Shown here: piece after piece, positions 38,597-51,971 of the stretch
Position numbering within the stretch: the first letter of the stretch is position 1
Layout: every line of letters starts with the position of its first letter
Assembly: GCA_047495785.1 (NCBI GenBank)
Contig: JBLDXI010000017.1
Span: 3,224,001-3,288,000 of the forward strand
Direction of reading: 5' to 3'
DNA from: Lepidodermella squamata
Lineage: Eukaryota > Animalia > Gastrotricha
DNA length: 64,000 bases
Notes under the pieces: generated by a model
Databases searched by the model: none
Told to the model about the DNA's origin: nothing
Seen by the model: only the letters and a program-made list of their open reading frames with translations
Program-made: the position numbers and the translations under genes

Positions 38597-39168
38597 GGAG
38601 TATTCTCGCGTTATTTGCCCCCAGAGAGTTTCCAAACTGACATCTGCTTGAGCTTGTGATGTGGAAACTGGGCCTGAGCAAACCGTAAATCTGCTTTTTG
38701 CGCATGACCTTCTTTATTTCAATGTCTAAAACATTTAAGACTGAAACTTACTTTGGTTCAATGCATCGTGTTTGTGGGTACGTGTGCTTCTTAGTACTGC
38801 GTACTGCGTACTGCTTCTACATCGTAGAAGTATATAACCTGTAACCTGTCAAGCTTCAATTCATTTTTCTTTCTGCTTGGAATATTTAATGAAGGGCAAA
38901 TGGACTTACCTGACGAGTAATACAATCACTCACATTTATGAGGCTGGGTCCAGGGTCCACTAATTTCAAAGTCAACCTGCGCGCCCACTGGCACTTCGGC
39001 ATATTTTTATTTCCGTATTTATTAAATATATTGTACTGAAATCGTGGGAAAAGAGCTTAATATTGCCCAACCCAGTGACGCATCCAGATCAGTTCTCCAA
39101 GTTCCCTTGCAGAATTTTTTTCAATATTTTAGAATTTTAACACGTACAGTCGAACAAATTACTAAGAA

Positions 39169-40084
39169 ATGGCGTCGGTAAGCAATTTATAGCTACTCTC
39201 ATTTGAATCAACTTAATTGAAATGGTATTTAGAATATTTTCATGGCGCCGACACCCCTAGCTGCTCCTTATTCAGCTGCGCCATCAGTCGGCCCGCAACA
39301 GCCAGCATCTGTCGGTCCTCCTGGGAAAAGTCACGGTGGTATCATGGCGCCAGCATCAGTTCTTGGGCCGGCGCCAACCCCACTGGCAATGCCGTTTACT
39401 CCTCATACACCTTTCCTAGATGAAAGCTTGAGGCCGCAGATTCAGTAAAATTTTCCTTGCTTGGTACCAGGTGAACTATGTTTATTTTCACAAATTTCTT
39501 GCAGAAATATTGTTTGCACCGTAAATCTGGGCTGCAAGTTAATTTTGAAGGACATCGCTTTACAAGCGAGAAATGCCGAGTACAATCCTAAGCGATTCGC
39601 GGCTGTCATCATGAGAATTCGTCAGCCAAGAACCACAGCATTGGTTTTCAGTTCCGGAAAAATGGTTTGCACAGGTGCCAAAAGTATGCGTATTCTCAAA
39701 AAGCCATGATTATCAATTTTTCTAATTGCTATTCTCTTTTTAGGTGAAGAGGAATCGAAGTTGGCTGCACGAAAATTTGCGCGTATCATCCAAAAGCTTG
39801 GGTTCAGTGTTAAATTTTTCGATTTCAAAATTCAAAATATGGTCGGCTCTGTTGATGTGAAGTTCCCTATTCGACTCGAAACACTCGTCGTCACGCACAG
39901 TCAATTTTGCAGTTACGAACCTGAGCTGTTTCCCGGCCTCATCTATCGTATGCTGAAGCCCAAAATGTGTCTTCTCATTTTTGTATCCGGTAAAGTTGTG
40001 CTCACTGGTGCTCGTCAACGTGAAGACATGGACGAGGCTTTTCGACTGATCTATCCCCTGCTGAAATCATTTCGTAAAAAGTAG
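39169..40084 (+). CDS. TBP: TATA-box binding protein, 4 exons
   Basis: PQIQ|[60 protein letters not shown]. Confidence 0.97.
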
Positions 40085-40373
40085 TTACTACATGGTCGTC
40101 TTTGTTTTTTGAAATATTGGTAATAAATCGAAAAAGCACCTGTTCGAATCGTATAAATTCCACTTAATTTCGTCCTGACAATGCTTGTTTCCGTTTTTTA
40201 TTCATCGATCTTCGTAAAAATGTGGGTCAGTGAAAAATAAAATAAGGGATAAATAGAAAGTGACATCACGTTTCATTCCTATTCAAAGCGTGCCTTTTCA
40301 AAAATTTGAAATTTCAGTGCCGTCTAAACAAGAAATCAGCTATGCATTGACAAAAATTGATAATAAGATACTA

Positions 40374-42957
40374 TCAGAGCCAATGAGGCGGAAGTAGGCT
40401 CAAAATAAATTTGGCTAGCGCCTTCAGAAAAACCGGTTCTACGAACGCGTGCAGAATCGGGTTGATCGTCGAATTCGCATAGCCGAGCCATGGCAGTAAA
40501 ATCATTAATTCAACCGGAACTTCGATGAAACAACTGAGAGGATAACAGAAGAAAAACGGTGCCCAACAACCAAGAAAAGTTATAACGGTGGCAAGCCATA
40601 AAGTTGCGGTCCTGCGCTCTTTTCTCCTCAGCGCTTTCATGTAGCTGCGATATTCGCCAATAGCAGAAAGGTGACCTCCGGCATCGACTTGTTTGAGGCG
40701 GGTACTCAACCTGCTGATTTTCCGTCGAATAGAATTGTGATGGACCGGCATATGTGCCACATGAGGATTTAAGAGGCTTTCGCGAGGTTTTTGGTGTGTA
40801 CTTTGACTCTTTATTCTGGAAAGAACTGAAGTTGCCCTGTTGCGAATGCTGCTGCTTCCACCAGTACTTCGGCGAGGCCTGGGTTCCAACATTTGGAACT
40901 CCAGCTGTTCGCGAGGAACCCGATAAGATAGCGTTGGACTAGGCTTGGCGCTTACGCTCCGAAATTCAATCATTCCGTTCGGCCGAAGCTCATTGGAGCC
41001 AGTTACTATGACTCCTGATGGTAAGTTTGGAAGAGGCAACAAATCGGCCATCATTTCCGCCCTTGCGTAGCTTGTAATGGTGCTATCATCAATGTATCGC
41101 AAGGAAATGTCGTCGTAGAAGTTGGGAAAATCAGCAGCATTCCAGGATGGCCTGTGCCTTATAGACGATCTCTGCCTAACCAGGCCGGTGGAAACCCGAG
41201 CGCTAACCGTAGGACATGGGATATTAATATCACAAATAGATCCGTCTCTGCGCTCGCTGAAGCTTGTCTCATCAATGTAACGTATGCTGCTCGGAAAATC
41301 CGACCCGCCACCTTCTCCGTTGAGCGTTGAGCGACGCGTGTACGTTCTTTTTAATTTGCTGTAATGGGAAATGGTGGGACTTGCCTCGCAGCTCAGCTGA
41401 GCCGAGCAGGGATGAGATGAGCGGTTGTTAACTTTCGCGGGACACGTAAGGGTCGCTGTGGTAGGGCCAGGCGCAAGGTTGGCGGGAGTTTGGGAGCCCG
41501 ATTTTTGACCAGATAGGTGAAGCTTCTTAAACCACTGTTCGGGGTGGTGTTTGGCGTAAGCCTCTCCAAAGCTGTGTAGCCGAAAGTTGGCGCGATGAAC
41601 GGCCTCACCGACACTGCCCGTTCTTGCTGATGGTCGACGGTGGGGTGTAGCCGCTAATGCTGCGGCCATCGAGGACACACTGGGATAAGTGACTGTGCTG
41701 TTTTGCGGGACTTCACCAGATCCAGGTGCGACCCCGTCATCCTGCTCGCCAGGAGCAGTTGCGTCGTTTTGTGTGCATGATTCTTCGCTAAAAATTTCAT
41801 CGGCAAATGCAGACTCTGCCGATTGCAGAATACCCGCCCGTCTCGACCCGTGATGTTTGTCAGTATGTTCTCGGGCGCTCTGTTGCTTCCCGACTGCCCG
41901 TAATCCCATCGCCGACCTTCGAGCAGTTTTTGCGCCTCGGCTGCTCAAGCTACGATATTCGTGAAAAGCAGCCTCGTCATCCACTTGACTGCCTTCCCCA
42001 CCGAATTCAGCTTCGTCCCCAGAAGGCTCCAGCTCGCCACCGAGTAAGCTCGTTTTCCGTTTTTTAGCTCTACTTTTCATCATCTTCATACGCTGGGTTG
42101 TAATGCGCTCGTGGCGCGCTAGTGTCAAAGCTGAGATCCACCTGATTTTGCAGCTGAAATAAAGTATAGCCGCAGCTGGAAGGTAGAAGGAAACCATGCC
42201 AGAGTATAAGGCGAAAATGGGATTATTCGTGATTGTGCACTCCTCCTCGACTGATTGACTGGCAGCGTCGGATTCAAGATTCTCAACGTATTCTAACGCT
42301 TGCCTTAGGCTAATATTGCTGAAATTGACCCGCATTGGCCAATCGGCAATAACTTGGTCAAGGTCGGCGTGAAAATCACGAGGTGGCAGTGGTTTCGCGC
42401 GAGCCCAGCCAGAAGCGCCAGCAGAGAATGCCACAAATGTTGCGGTGGCCCACGTTACGCCGACGAAAAGTCGTACCCAACGCAGTCGTTCGCGGCCAAA
42501 ATATCGTGAGGAGTGTATGAGCGAGAAGTACTTGTCGATAGAAATAAACGCAATCGACAAAATTGAAGCAGTGGAACACATAATGTCTGCGCTGATCCAG
42601 AAGTCGCAGACAACTAGTCCCAGTTCCCATGTAATGTTGAATTCGTAATAAAGCGCTAGTGGCATTACAATCTATGAATTGTAAAAACGTAATTTTTAGA
42701 AAAAAACAGCATCCATAATAAAATTAATCCGTTGGCTTACCATTCCTATTAAAAGATCGGCAACAGACATTGAAACGATCTGAAACAAAAGAACAGGATA
42801 ATAATGTCGCAAAAGGAAAAACAATTTTTTTTACCAGAGCAGCTTGTGGAACGTTGCGAACTTCGCGAAAGACAAATGTTAGCGCCACGATGGCACCGTT
42901 TTCGATGATCGTTATTATGGTAACAACGAGCATCGCAAATCTGAACGGCGCGTTCAT
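40374..42957 (-). CDS. Aminergic class A GPCR (dopamine/octopamine/tyramine-like), 3 exons
   Basis: SMSVADLLIG|IVMP, CDFWISADIMCSTASIL (Asp3.32), TM5 YSGMVSFYLP, CWAPFF, WLGYANSTINP; very long ICL3. Confidence 0.88.
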
Positions 42958-44730
42958 AAGGGTAGACCAATAATTTCAAAGGCTTGAACAAAATTGTTAT
43001 GCTGATGGGCTCCACGAAAGGTAAACAGGTGCTCTTTCTCGAAATTCAACCGGCAATAAATAATGCCCCTATCGACTTGAGCTTGAGTAACGCTGTTGCA
43101 TCAAGCATCAGGCCCAAACAGCAAGCTTTTTCCGAAGTGCCGATTGTCAGCCGTTACCTCCCATTATAGTCTGATTAGTTGATTAATGAAATCAGTTTGA
43201 AGTATTAACGTCCTATTCCTATAATCAAACAATAAGTTGCACGAAGCTTAACATCGAAGGTGTTGTAGAGTTGAATCGCATAAAATTCTGGCAAAAATGT
43301 GGTTCACATAGTGTTTTCAAATGTCACGAACATAACTACTTAAAAAATGGGAACTTTGGTAGCTATATACGGAGAATGTCAAATGCCCTGGTTTAAATAG
43401 TTCTACTTATAAGAAGGCTGTTGCGCTATCTGTTTTAACTCATCGATATTAAGAATTTAGTTTCTTGCCGATATACTAAAGTCATCTGCCTATAAGTATC
43501 AGCGTCCATCCTGCATATGCTCGTAGATTTTGCACTTTTTGCAATATTCCATTACCATTATTGCCACGCCAATATGAAAAGGCTTTATGTGCACTCACGA
43601 CGTAGGCTACAATAAGATATGAACAATGATATAGAAGCAAATCACGTCTAGCTACTTTCAGTTTCGGCAAAATCCTCTCTTTTATCGTCAATTGTGTGGG
43701 CTTGCTAGATTTTTTCGACTAACCGTGAATTCAAACTTATTTCTCACGCGCCAGACGTCCGCATATTTTTAGCGATAACTTAGCCAAAAACCTATACTGA
43801 GAATTTCTTATTACTGCGATAATGCAATATATCGTCTTCTCTATCCATCACACTCCGGCTCGTCTTCTCTCTCATTTTTTACTTCAAGGTTCTATTCAAT
43901 ACCGCCAAATCAAATTCGCGGAGCTGTGACCGCAGCTCTAATGCTTTTATAGTGCGATACAGCACGGCGACTCATCGCGTTCTTGTTGCCATCTTCGCAT
44001 AAATATCATACAGTATTTTAGATTTGAATTTTGTGCCAGTAAATTCGCGCTGATGGCGCGGTTTTTCCCTCATTTGAAGTGCTCAATAAGTAATTGGATC
44101 TCCCACTGACTTGCATTTACTGCAGCCCAACATAAATAATCAGGCCGGCTTTATTACGTTACCGTACCGTGCGACTGATGACTACACTCGATCGTTTCTA
44201 GCACTGCATCAGCGGATACAATGCGGCGGCAACTAATAGGAATGTATTAAAATTATTTGAATTGAAACGCGCACTTAAGGGTTTACCGAATCCTCTTTGT
44301 TATTCAAAAATTGTATTATATCTCGTCTTCAAAATTCTCGCCGCCAAGTATTGTTACTTCGTTTGCGCCCCTGGGCTATCAGCTAAAAGTGCATTCCGCG
44401 TTTGAAGATTAGTCATACTATTGATTCGATGCCAATTAAACAACCTTCATGTCATGTGTCATATACACCCACATGATTCCGAGCAGAAATGCTGAGCAGG
44501 TACCATGAAAGGGAGTACATTTTCGAACGAACAATGATTTTATTTTATGTGCGTTACGAAAACTTGACACCATGTTCTCATATTTTTCCACAAAGCAAGA
44601 ATACGGCTTCAATCAATTGATAATAAGACAGGTCCATTTGAAAACGGGGATCAGCGTTATTATATCAATGTTAAACACAGCCTGAGTCTGCGTCGCAATA
44701 TAACGGTATGAATCGGAACATTTAGATTGA

Positions 44731-45947
44731 TCATGAAAACTCAGCTTCGCCAGTGATGCGAGAAAAGAGATATTCGCGTCTACTAGCACCACATTGTAGG
44801 ATGGCATCGCGGAATGAAAATCGCCATTTAGCCTTCGCCCTATTCACCTTGTCGTATTGGCACACCAAAAGGTCAGGACAGTCGAAGACGTCCTCCTAAA
44901 TGATCAAACATTAATGACGATACTGATGTACATCATAAGGGCAAAACAAACCTCAGCTTCAGAAACATCATCTCCCGAGTTTAAGGGATCCTCGTCATCC
45001 AAAGTTCCCGATGGAACAGGGGCATCGTCCCCCACTGCAGCTAAGTCATCAAGTCCTCCAATATCTGAATCGCTCAAATCTGATTCGTCGCTCACAGGCC
45101 CTGCCGCGCCACTGCGAGCGAATTTTTTCTCTGGGGGTTCACGAGATGAAGCACCCCGACCGGCTCCCGAGGCAGCCCCCGACGACGAAGCTTGTCCGTC
45201 GTAGCGTCCATCTAACTGAACGCGTCGCATATTGGGAGGAACAGCTTTCATATCTGAACCTGTGGTTGACTTCGGAACTGGTACAATCACAGCAGATATT
45301 ACATTAGTACCTCGAGCAGCCTGCTGTTGTGCTTGCTGCATCAGCGATTGTCCCCCGGGTAAACCGACGACGTCTAAAGAACATCATGTTTACTCAATGG
45401 CGAAAACTCAAGCAGCTCAAATTAACCTGAAGGTTTTAATTGCTGAGATCGAAGGGTCGATTGGGCTAAGTAAGCCGCTTGAGAAAGAACTTGTGTACCC
45501 GCGGGAAGGCGCTGTTGCCCCATTATCATGGGTTGAAGATTCGGTATCTGCTGAGGCTGTTGCATGGGAATTCTTGACCCACCAGCGCCTGCGATCAAAT
45601 TGTGCTGGCCCTTATGTGCAATGCCTTGCATATAAACTGCGTTTTGTTGAGCTGCTCTACTGGACGCCGTTTGCAGCTGACCAGAGTCTATCATTCTCTG
45701 CCGCCACGCCTTAATTTAAGAATATCGCAATGAATACATTCAGCTATGCGTAGTTACTCAGTACGAACCGCTTTTAGATCGTCAAGAACAGTTTCGTCAA
45801 CTCGCTCGTCGGCAAACATTTCTCGGCAACTGTCAATAACATCGCTAATCACCGACTCGTAGACTGCCGCCTGTGAACAATGTATTAATATTACTCAATT
45901 GCTCTCACTCAATAACATACCAAATCGTTTTGATAGGTGTAGTTCAT
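44731..45947 (-). CDS. GTF2A1: TFIIA large (alpha/beta) subunit, 5 exons
   Basis: VYESVISDVIDSCREMFADERVDETVLDDLK, taspase-type QLDG site, EDPLNSGDDVS, LVCQYDKVNRAKAKWRF, ending GEAEFS*. Confidence 0.92.
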
Positions 45948-47370
45948 TCTCAACAATTCATCATAAACAGATATATCCTATTCAAACAAGAACAGAAATG
46001 TTGAAGCAAGACTTGTTGCATCTAAAACATGGTGATAATTAGCTGATTCAAAAGGTATAAATCGATCGCATTAATCACTGTTTCGTTCTGGACGAGGACT
46101 TCTGGAAGGTCAGAGTGAAATCTTGCCTTCCTGTCTCGGCGCCATTGAATGCGTAATGAAATCATTCCATTCGGTTTATGGCAGTTTCACTGTCATTTTC
46201 ACGATTGACTTGATTTTTTGCTGAATTGATGTTTCGCATAAACTCTCCGTTCAACAAGATTTATTATCAAAGAAACGTGGAACTTTTAATCTAGTCTCTT
46301 GTTGCATGGCACAGAGATCAATGCTCAACAAATGTTTCTCCACCTTGCCAGCCATTTTGACATGGGTTTCATCTGTCGCAATTATAGGAATTGTGGAGCG
46401 ATAATGTCGATAATTTAGGCCCATGAACGCGTAGATTGAAAAATGAAAAATGGCCCCCGTGACAATGACTCATAGCACAGTAATTATATCGGCAGTCGTC
46501 AGGTTATCGAAGGGCTGACACATGGCAATCAGTAATCAGATAATTATTGCAACTTCACGGTACTCGCGTGTTGCGGCTTGCTATTGTTAATTTCGAATTT
46601 CGAACCTAACATTCGAGGCTAGAGAGTTCAGAGGTCAAGAGGTCAAGATACCTAGGAAGTAGGAAGTTAGAATATGGTTGTTCAGAGTGCTATGTGCTAT
46701 GCAATGTTCCATGTTCCACGTAAAGCATCCCCAAGATCAAGTTGCTAATCAGTGGATGGATGGATGGATGTTAGACCCGGACACCAATTCTGGTGATTTA
46801 ACAGGGCTTGGGTTGATAAGTTAGACCTGTCACCGATAATTCGGTGTTAGGCGCAGAGTGGCACAATAGGATACGAAAATAAGTTATAAAAATAGAGCTA
46901 TGATCTATTTGGTCCATTCAGACACCTGCTCAATGAAGAATTGCTGCAGGTAGGCGGCTTTGCGACAGGCTTTCGAGCTAGTAAGCTTACGAATGAAGGG
47001 GTCGGTGTGACTGAGTGAAATGGTTGCTAAAAGTTGCTCACTTTTAGATTTTCGAATTGCGCAAAAAAGCACACATTTCGCTCAAGAATTCCTTGCATTC
47101 TTAAAAAGTAAGCAAAGTTTTAGCGATAGACTGGAATTACAAAAAATTATATTTTCTATGCCGGCGGCTAAAACCAAGTTCTGGATTCCAGCCTTGGGAT
47201 TCTACGCTGAATTTCTAAGTGAAGGTTTGCAGTTTGCCGCAACAACGCGAAATACAATAATTGGCACTGGCACTGGCTTCGGCCTTTAGATTATGAACTG
47301 TGAACCAGATCCCAGATCATCAGACACATCCTTCAGACTTGAAACTTGGAACCAATGAACAACCAAATTC

Positions 47371-47565
47371 GCTGTTGGTTTCGTGATGATGATGGTGATG
47401 ATGACGGCTTTCCACCCAGTTCAGGGTTTCGCCGCTTCCACACCAGAGGCACAGATTCTTTCGGCCAGTTCTCGCCACCAGGTTCTGTTGTTAGCCAGCT
47501 CCCTCAGATGGACGAGGTCTTGGTGGCAGTTCAGACTATGGGGACCCAGGGCTGTTGGTTTCGTG
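47371..47565 (-). mobile_element. 5'-truncated non-LTR retrotransposon (RTE-like 3' end) with 15-bp TSD
   Basis: Exact direct repeat gctgttggtttcgtg at 47371-47385 and 47551-47565; minus strand encodes QDLVHLRELANNRTWWRELAERI...* then a short UTR and a (CAT)n-type tail. Confidence 0.8.
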
Positions 47566-48598
47566 GAAACGGGAAAAATGATTCGCAGCCGGTTTGATTA
47601 AACAATTATTTTGAAAAACGTCAACAATTTTTATATGACATATAATAGTCTTGAAATTGCGAACTAAAAATTGCAAAAAATTTCATAGCATTATCAAAAA
47701 TCTTAAATTGTCACATGTTCGGCCTTTTTCAAGTTTTGCAGTTGGCCTGTTAGAGTCTTCGGAGTCATCGAACGTGAGGTACCAGCGGTCGTGCCGCCAC
47801 CGGTTTGCTGAATCCTGAGCCCTATGTTGCCTTTTTCTACGATTTTGTTTTGAATCGGATTACAAATTAGCTGATTGTTCTAAATGTCTCAGGACATCCT
47901 ACTGGCTTAACGTGAAAATGAGCTTTTCAGGTGTTCTAGGCTGTCTTGCCGGCTTTTCGTTGATAATGCGCCTTGCCTGATGGCCTGCTGCCTGCTGGTG
48001 CAGGAAGAGAGTTATCATCAGCTGCGTCAATTTTGATTAATCTGCAGAGCTCTTGCTCAGGGTTGCGCGTTGTGCCAGAGTCCTCTCTTTCTATGTCATC
48101 GCTTTAATGTTACTTGGACTTGGTTGCAAATCCGCACATTACGTTTGGTAACGTACTTTGCGGTTGTCGAATGAAGTGATGTCTCGATTGACAAATGTGA
48201 AAGACAGCGGAAAGACGCTTTTTAAAAGATATTAAACATGTTATAATTCTGTCTGTCATCCAAGCAGGCAAGAGGCAAACATCAAAGCACTTCCATATAG
48301 GTAAGTGCTGCTAATTGTTTCCAAGCGTCGGATATGTTAACGCTCGCTGATTTCCGCCAACCGTTAGGCTCTTCATCTTTACTAGGTACTTTCATTTACA
48401 TTTATCTTATATATAGGTATATATCATCCTCGTTATTTGCGCATAATACATTTGCTGTCTTCATCGCTATCTACGTTATAGATAGTAGCCAAATTGTGCA
48501 GCATCGATTATGCTTGGAATTTTAATATTTTCTTTTCGTTTCAGCGACTGATTTTATTTGTTATAAATTCTATTTGCCTAGATATTACATATCTTAAC

Positions 48599-49318
48599 AT
48601 GTCTGCGACCAAGGGTCTTAGCGTTAAGGATGTAAGCCCTCATGACTTTGTCAAGTCATTCTCCGCTTTCTTGAAAAAGTTTGTTTTTCACTCGTTCATC
48701 AATTTTAATAAACAATGTACGTCACCAGGAGCGGCAAAGTGCACGTTCCGGATTGGTCCGACGTAATTAAGACCGGCAATTACAAAGAGCTCGCTCCAGT
48801 TGACCAAGACTGGTTTTACGTCCGTGCTGGTGAGTTCCTTTTATTCATATTTTTATAAGTGTCAATGACTTGGCAAATCGTTATTTAGCATCTGTTGCAC
48901 GCCATTTGTACTGCCGTTCGCCCACCGGTGTTGGTGCTTTCACTAAAGTTTACGGTGGCAAGCAGCGGAACGGTTGCCGCCCTCCTAAGTTCACCCGGGG
49001 CTCTTCTTCTGTCGCTCGCAAAGTGCTGCAGGCGTTGGAACAGGCTGGTTATGTCAAGAAACACCCCAATGGGTAATTGTTCCAATTCCATGGTTACATG
49101 TGTATAATTTATCTTTATTATTTCCCAGCGGTCGCACTTTGACCTCGACTGCTCATCGTGACATGGACCGCCTTGCTCAACAAGTGCGCACCCAGTCATT
49201 GGCCAAGGCTGCTGCTGCAGCTGCCGCTGCCTCCGCGGTAGTTATTGCGCCGATCACTGACAAAGAAGAAACCGAGAAGAAAGAGGCTAAGCCCGAAAAG
49301 AAGGGTGGTAAGAAATAA
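48599..49318 (+). CDS. RPS19: 40S ribosomal protein eS19, 4 coding exons
   Basis: [55 protein letters not shown]. Confidence 0.96.
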
Positions 49319-49465
49319 ACACCTGGTTTTTGTAGTGAGGCTATCGCGTTCGTGGGAAGAGAGAGACCGATTCTAAAAAATGAAAAAATAAAGTCTATCA
49401 GCTAATTTTCGTCTTGTTTGTTATCTATAATATAAGCTCACATGTCATTAGAAGATTAATTAAAA

Positions 49466-51811
49466 ATGAGTGGTACAGTGAGTTTCAAGAGGATGGCGGT
49501 GGTACCTGGAACGAAAGATTTCATCGATATAGTGCTGTCGAAGACTCAAAGAAAGACTCCGACTGTTGTTCACAAGCATTATCAAATCTCGCGAATTCGA
49601 AAGTGAGTCCTGCAATATATCACGGTCATGTTTGTTACATCAGTAATGTATCCTAGATTCTACATGCGCAAAGTCAAATTCTGTCAGCAAATGATTCACG
49701 ATCGATTGCATCAAATTATTATCGAGTTTCCCAAGCTGGACGACTTGCATCCATTCTATGCTGATTTGCTCAACGTTCTATATGACAGGGTAACTTGAAT
49801 TATCTTCGACTAATTTTTTATACATTTTCAATTTCCTTTGATAGGACCATTATAAGTTGGCCCTGGGTCAACTGGCTGTTGCAAAGCAATTGGTTGATAA
49901 TGTCGCGAGGGATTACACTCGTTTGCTCAAATACGGGGACTCACTCTACCGCTGCAAGCAGCTTAAACGCGCTGCTCTCGGTCGAATGGTTACCATCCTC
50001 AAGCGCCAGAAAGACGCTTTGGAATATCTTGAACAAGTTCGTCAGCACTTGTCTCGTTTACCGTCAATCGACCCTGCTGGAGGTCGTACCTTGCTGCTTT
50101 GCGGTGCTCCTAACGTCGGCAAATCTTCCTTTATTAACCAGCTTACCCGTGCTGACGTTGATGTTCAGCCTTACCCTTTCACCACCAAATCGCTGTTCGT
50201 TGGTCACATGGACTATCAGTACATGCGCTGGCAGGTTATTGATACACCTGGTTTACTCGATCAAAGGCTTGAGGAGCGCAATACCATTGAAATGCAAGCT
50301 GTCACAGCACTCGCTCATCTCAGATCTGCCATTGTTTACATGCTCGATATCAGTGAGCAGTGTGGCAAAACCGTGGACGAACAGCTTTCGCTGTTCCGCA
50401 GCTTGATGCCGCTGTTTACAAACAAACCTGTTGTAGTTGTTGCGAACAAGGTCGATGTCATCTCAATCGATCAACTTGATCGTGAAAAATTGGCTGCGAT
50501 CAATGAGGCAATCGAGGAGCTGCACAAGCAACAGAAAGCTGCAGATTCCGGCGAAGTCGCGCTTCCTAAACCGATTTTGATGACATCATCAACGCTCACT
50601 GGAGAAGGAATTATGGCTGTGCGCGCGAAAGCGTGTGATGAGCTAATTGCCATGAGAATTGAAACCAAATTGGCGAAAACTTCATCAGAGAAGGACAGTA
50701 GCAAACCTGGCCAGGAAGGTCAACGAAACATTTTGTCAGGCATTCACGTCGCAGTGCCCAAACCTCGCGACTCGAAAGTTCGCCCTGCTATTGTTCCTGA
50801 AGAAATCGCTGTTTTACGTGCTAATGCACCTGAAATTGAGGATATTGGTGATGGGAAGGCAGTTGTTCCCCGCCGGCCTCGCCCTGCCGTGCTAGAGGCA
50901 GACATTCAGCGACAAGAAGCTGCGGACTACTTCCTGGATCTAAGAAGTAGCTTGATCTAATTAATATCTGGTCAAATGTATTAATATTCAAATTTTTTAA
51001 ACAGAACATTACCTTCTTGCGAATCCGGACGAAAAATACGATGTAATCCCAGAAATTTGGGAGGGTCACAATGTTTCAGATTATATTGATCCGCAAATCA
51101 TGGAGGTAAGCAGTGCTTATGAAAAATACAGCATGTACATTTTTATATTTTCAGAAATTGGAGGAGCTGGAGAGAGAAGAGGAAGAGCGAGAAAAGACAG
51201 GATTTTACGATCGAGATGATCTGGTGCCGAAGAAGACGTTGTTGACACCGTCTCAACGCGCTTTAGCCAAACGAATCCGTGAAAAGAAGAAGATAGTTGT
51301 GTTGGAAAGCCGCGAGAAACGTACTCAAAATCGTCCTGAGCTGTCTCGTCCTGATAAGCCGATGGTGATGAAACGCATGCGCAAGGAGCTTGGCGATCTG
51401 GGTATCGACGTTGAAGGAGTCGCTGCCGAACCCCACTCGAACTTGAGCCGCTCGCGAAGCCGCGGTACCAAGGCCGAGCAGCATCGTTCTAGGCTGGCCA
51501 AGCGCACTGCTAGCTTAGCTGCTCGAGCGGCTGATGAATCGATGGAGATCGACGGAGCTAGCCGATCGACCTCACTTGCGAACCGCTCCAAGGTCAGGTC
51601 TGTCAGCCGAGCTCCGAGCCGCGATGTTTCAGGCATGCGCGACGTCAAAATGATCCAACAAGCTCGCAAATTGAAGTCGATGGCGCAGCGCCCGATGCGT
51701 TCGGGTCATAAATCAGGCAAAGCTGGCGAAGCAGATCGTCACATCTGGACAGCGCGACCTCGTCATCTTTTCGCTGGCAAGCGTGGTTCTGGAACCGCGA
51801 ATCGCCGTTAG
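49466..51811 (+). CDS. GTPBP4: Nucleolar GTP-binding protein 1 (NOG1), 5 exons
   Basis: [45 protein letters not shown]. Confidence 0.96.
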
Positions 51812-51971
51812 AAACCTTATTTACGAATTGTTGTGGGCTTAGGGTGTCAATAACAAGCGCGGAAAACATCAAAATAATGTGCAGCATCTTTGATAAAATA
51901 TATTCAAATCCACAACTGCTGAATATCATGCTATTTTATTTTTTTGTAGATTTACTAAATTATTTCTTGTG

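Noticed and set aside
38900-38915. acttacctg resembling the U1 snRNA 5' end
   Set aside because: No downstream U1 stems or Sm site; better explained as a minus-strand consensus donor
46750-46860. (TGGA)n followed by two ttagacc-led hairpin-like units; similar (TGGA)n at about 16240
   Set aside because: Could be retroposon tails, but no TSD, ORF or shared flank supports a call
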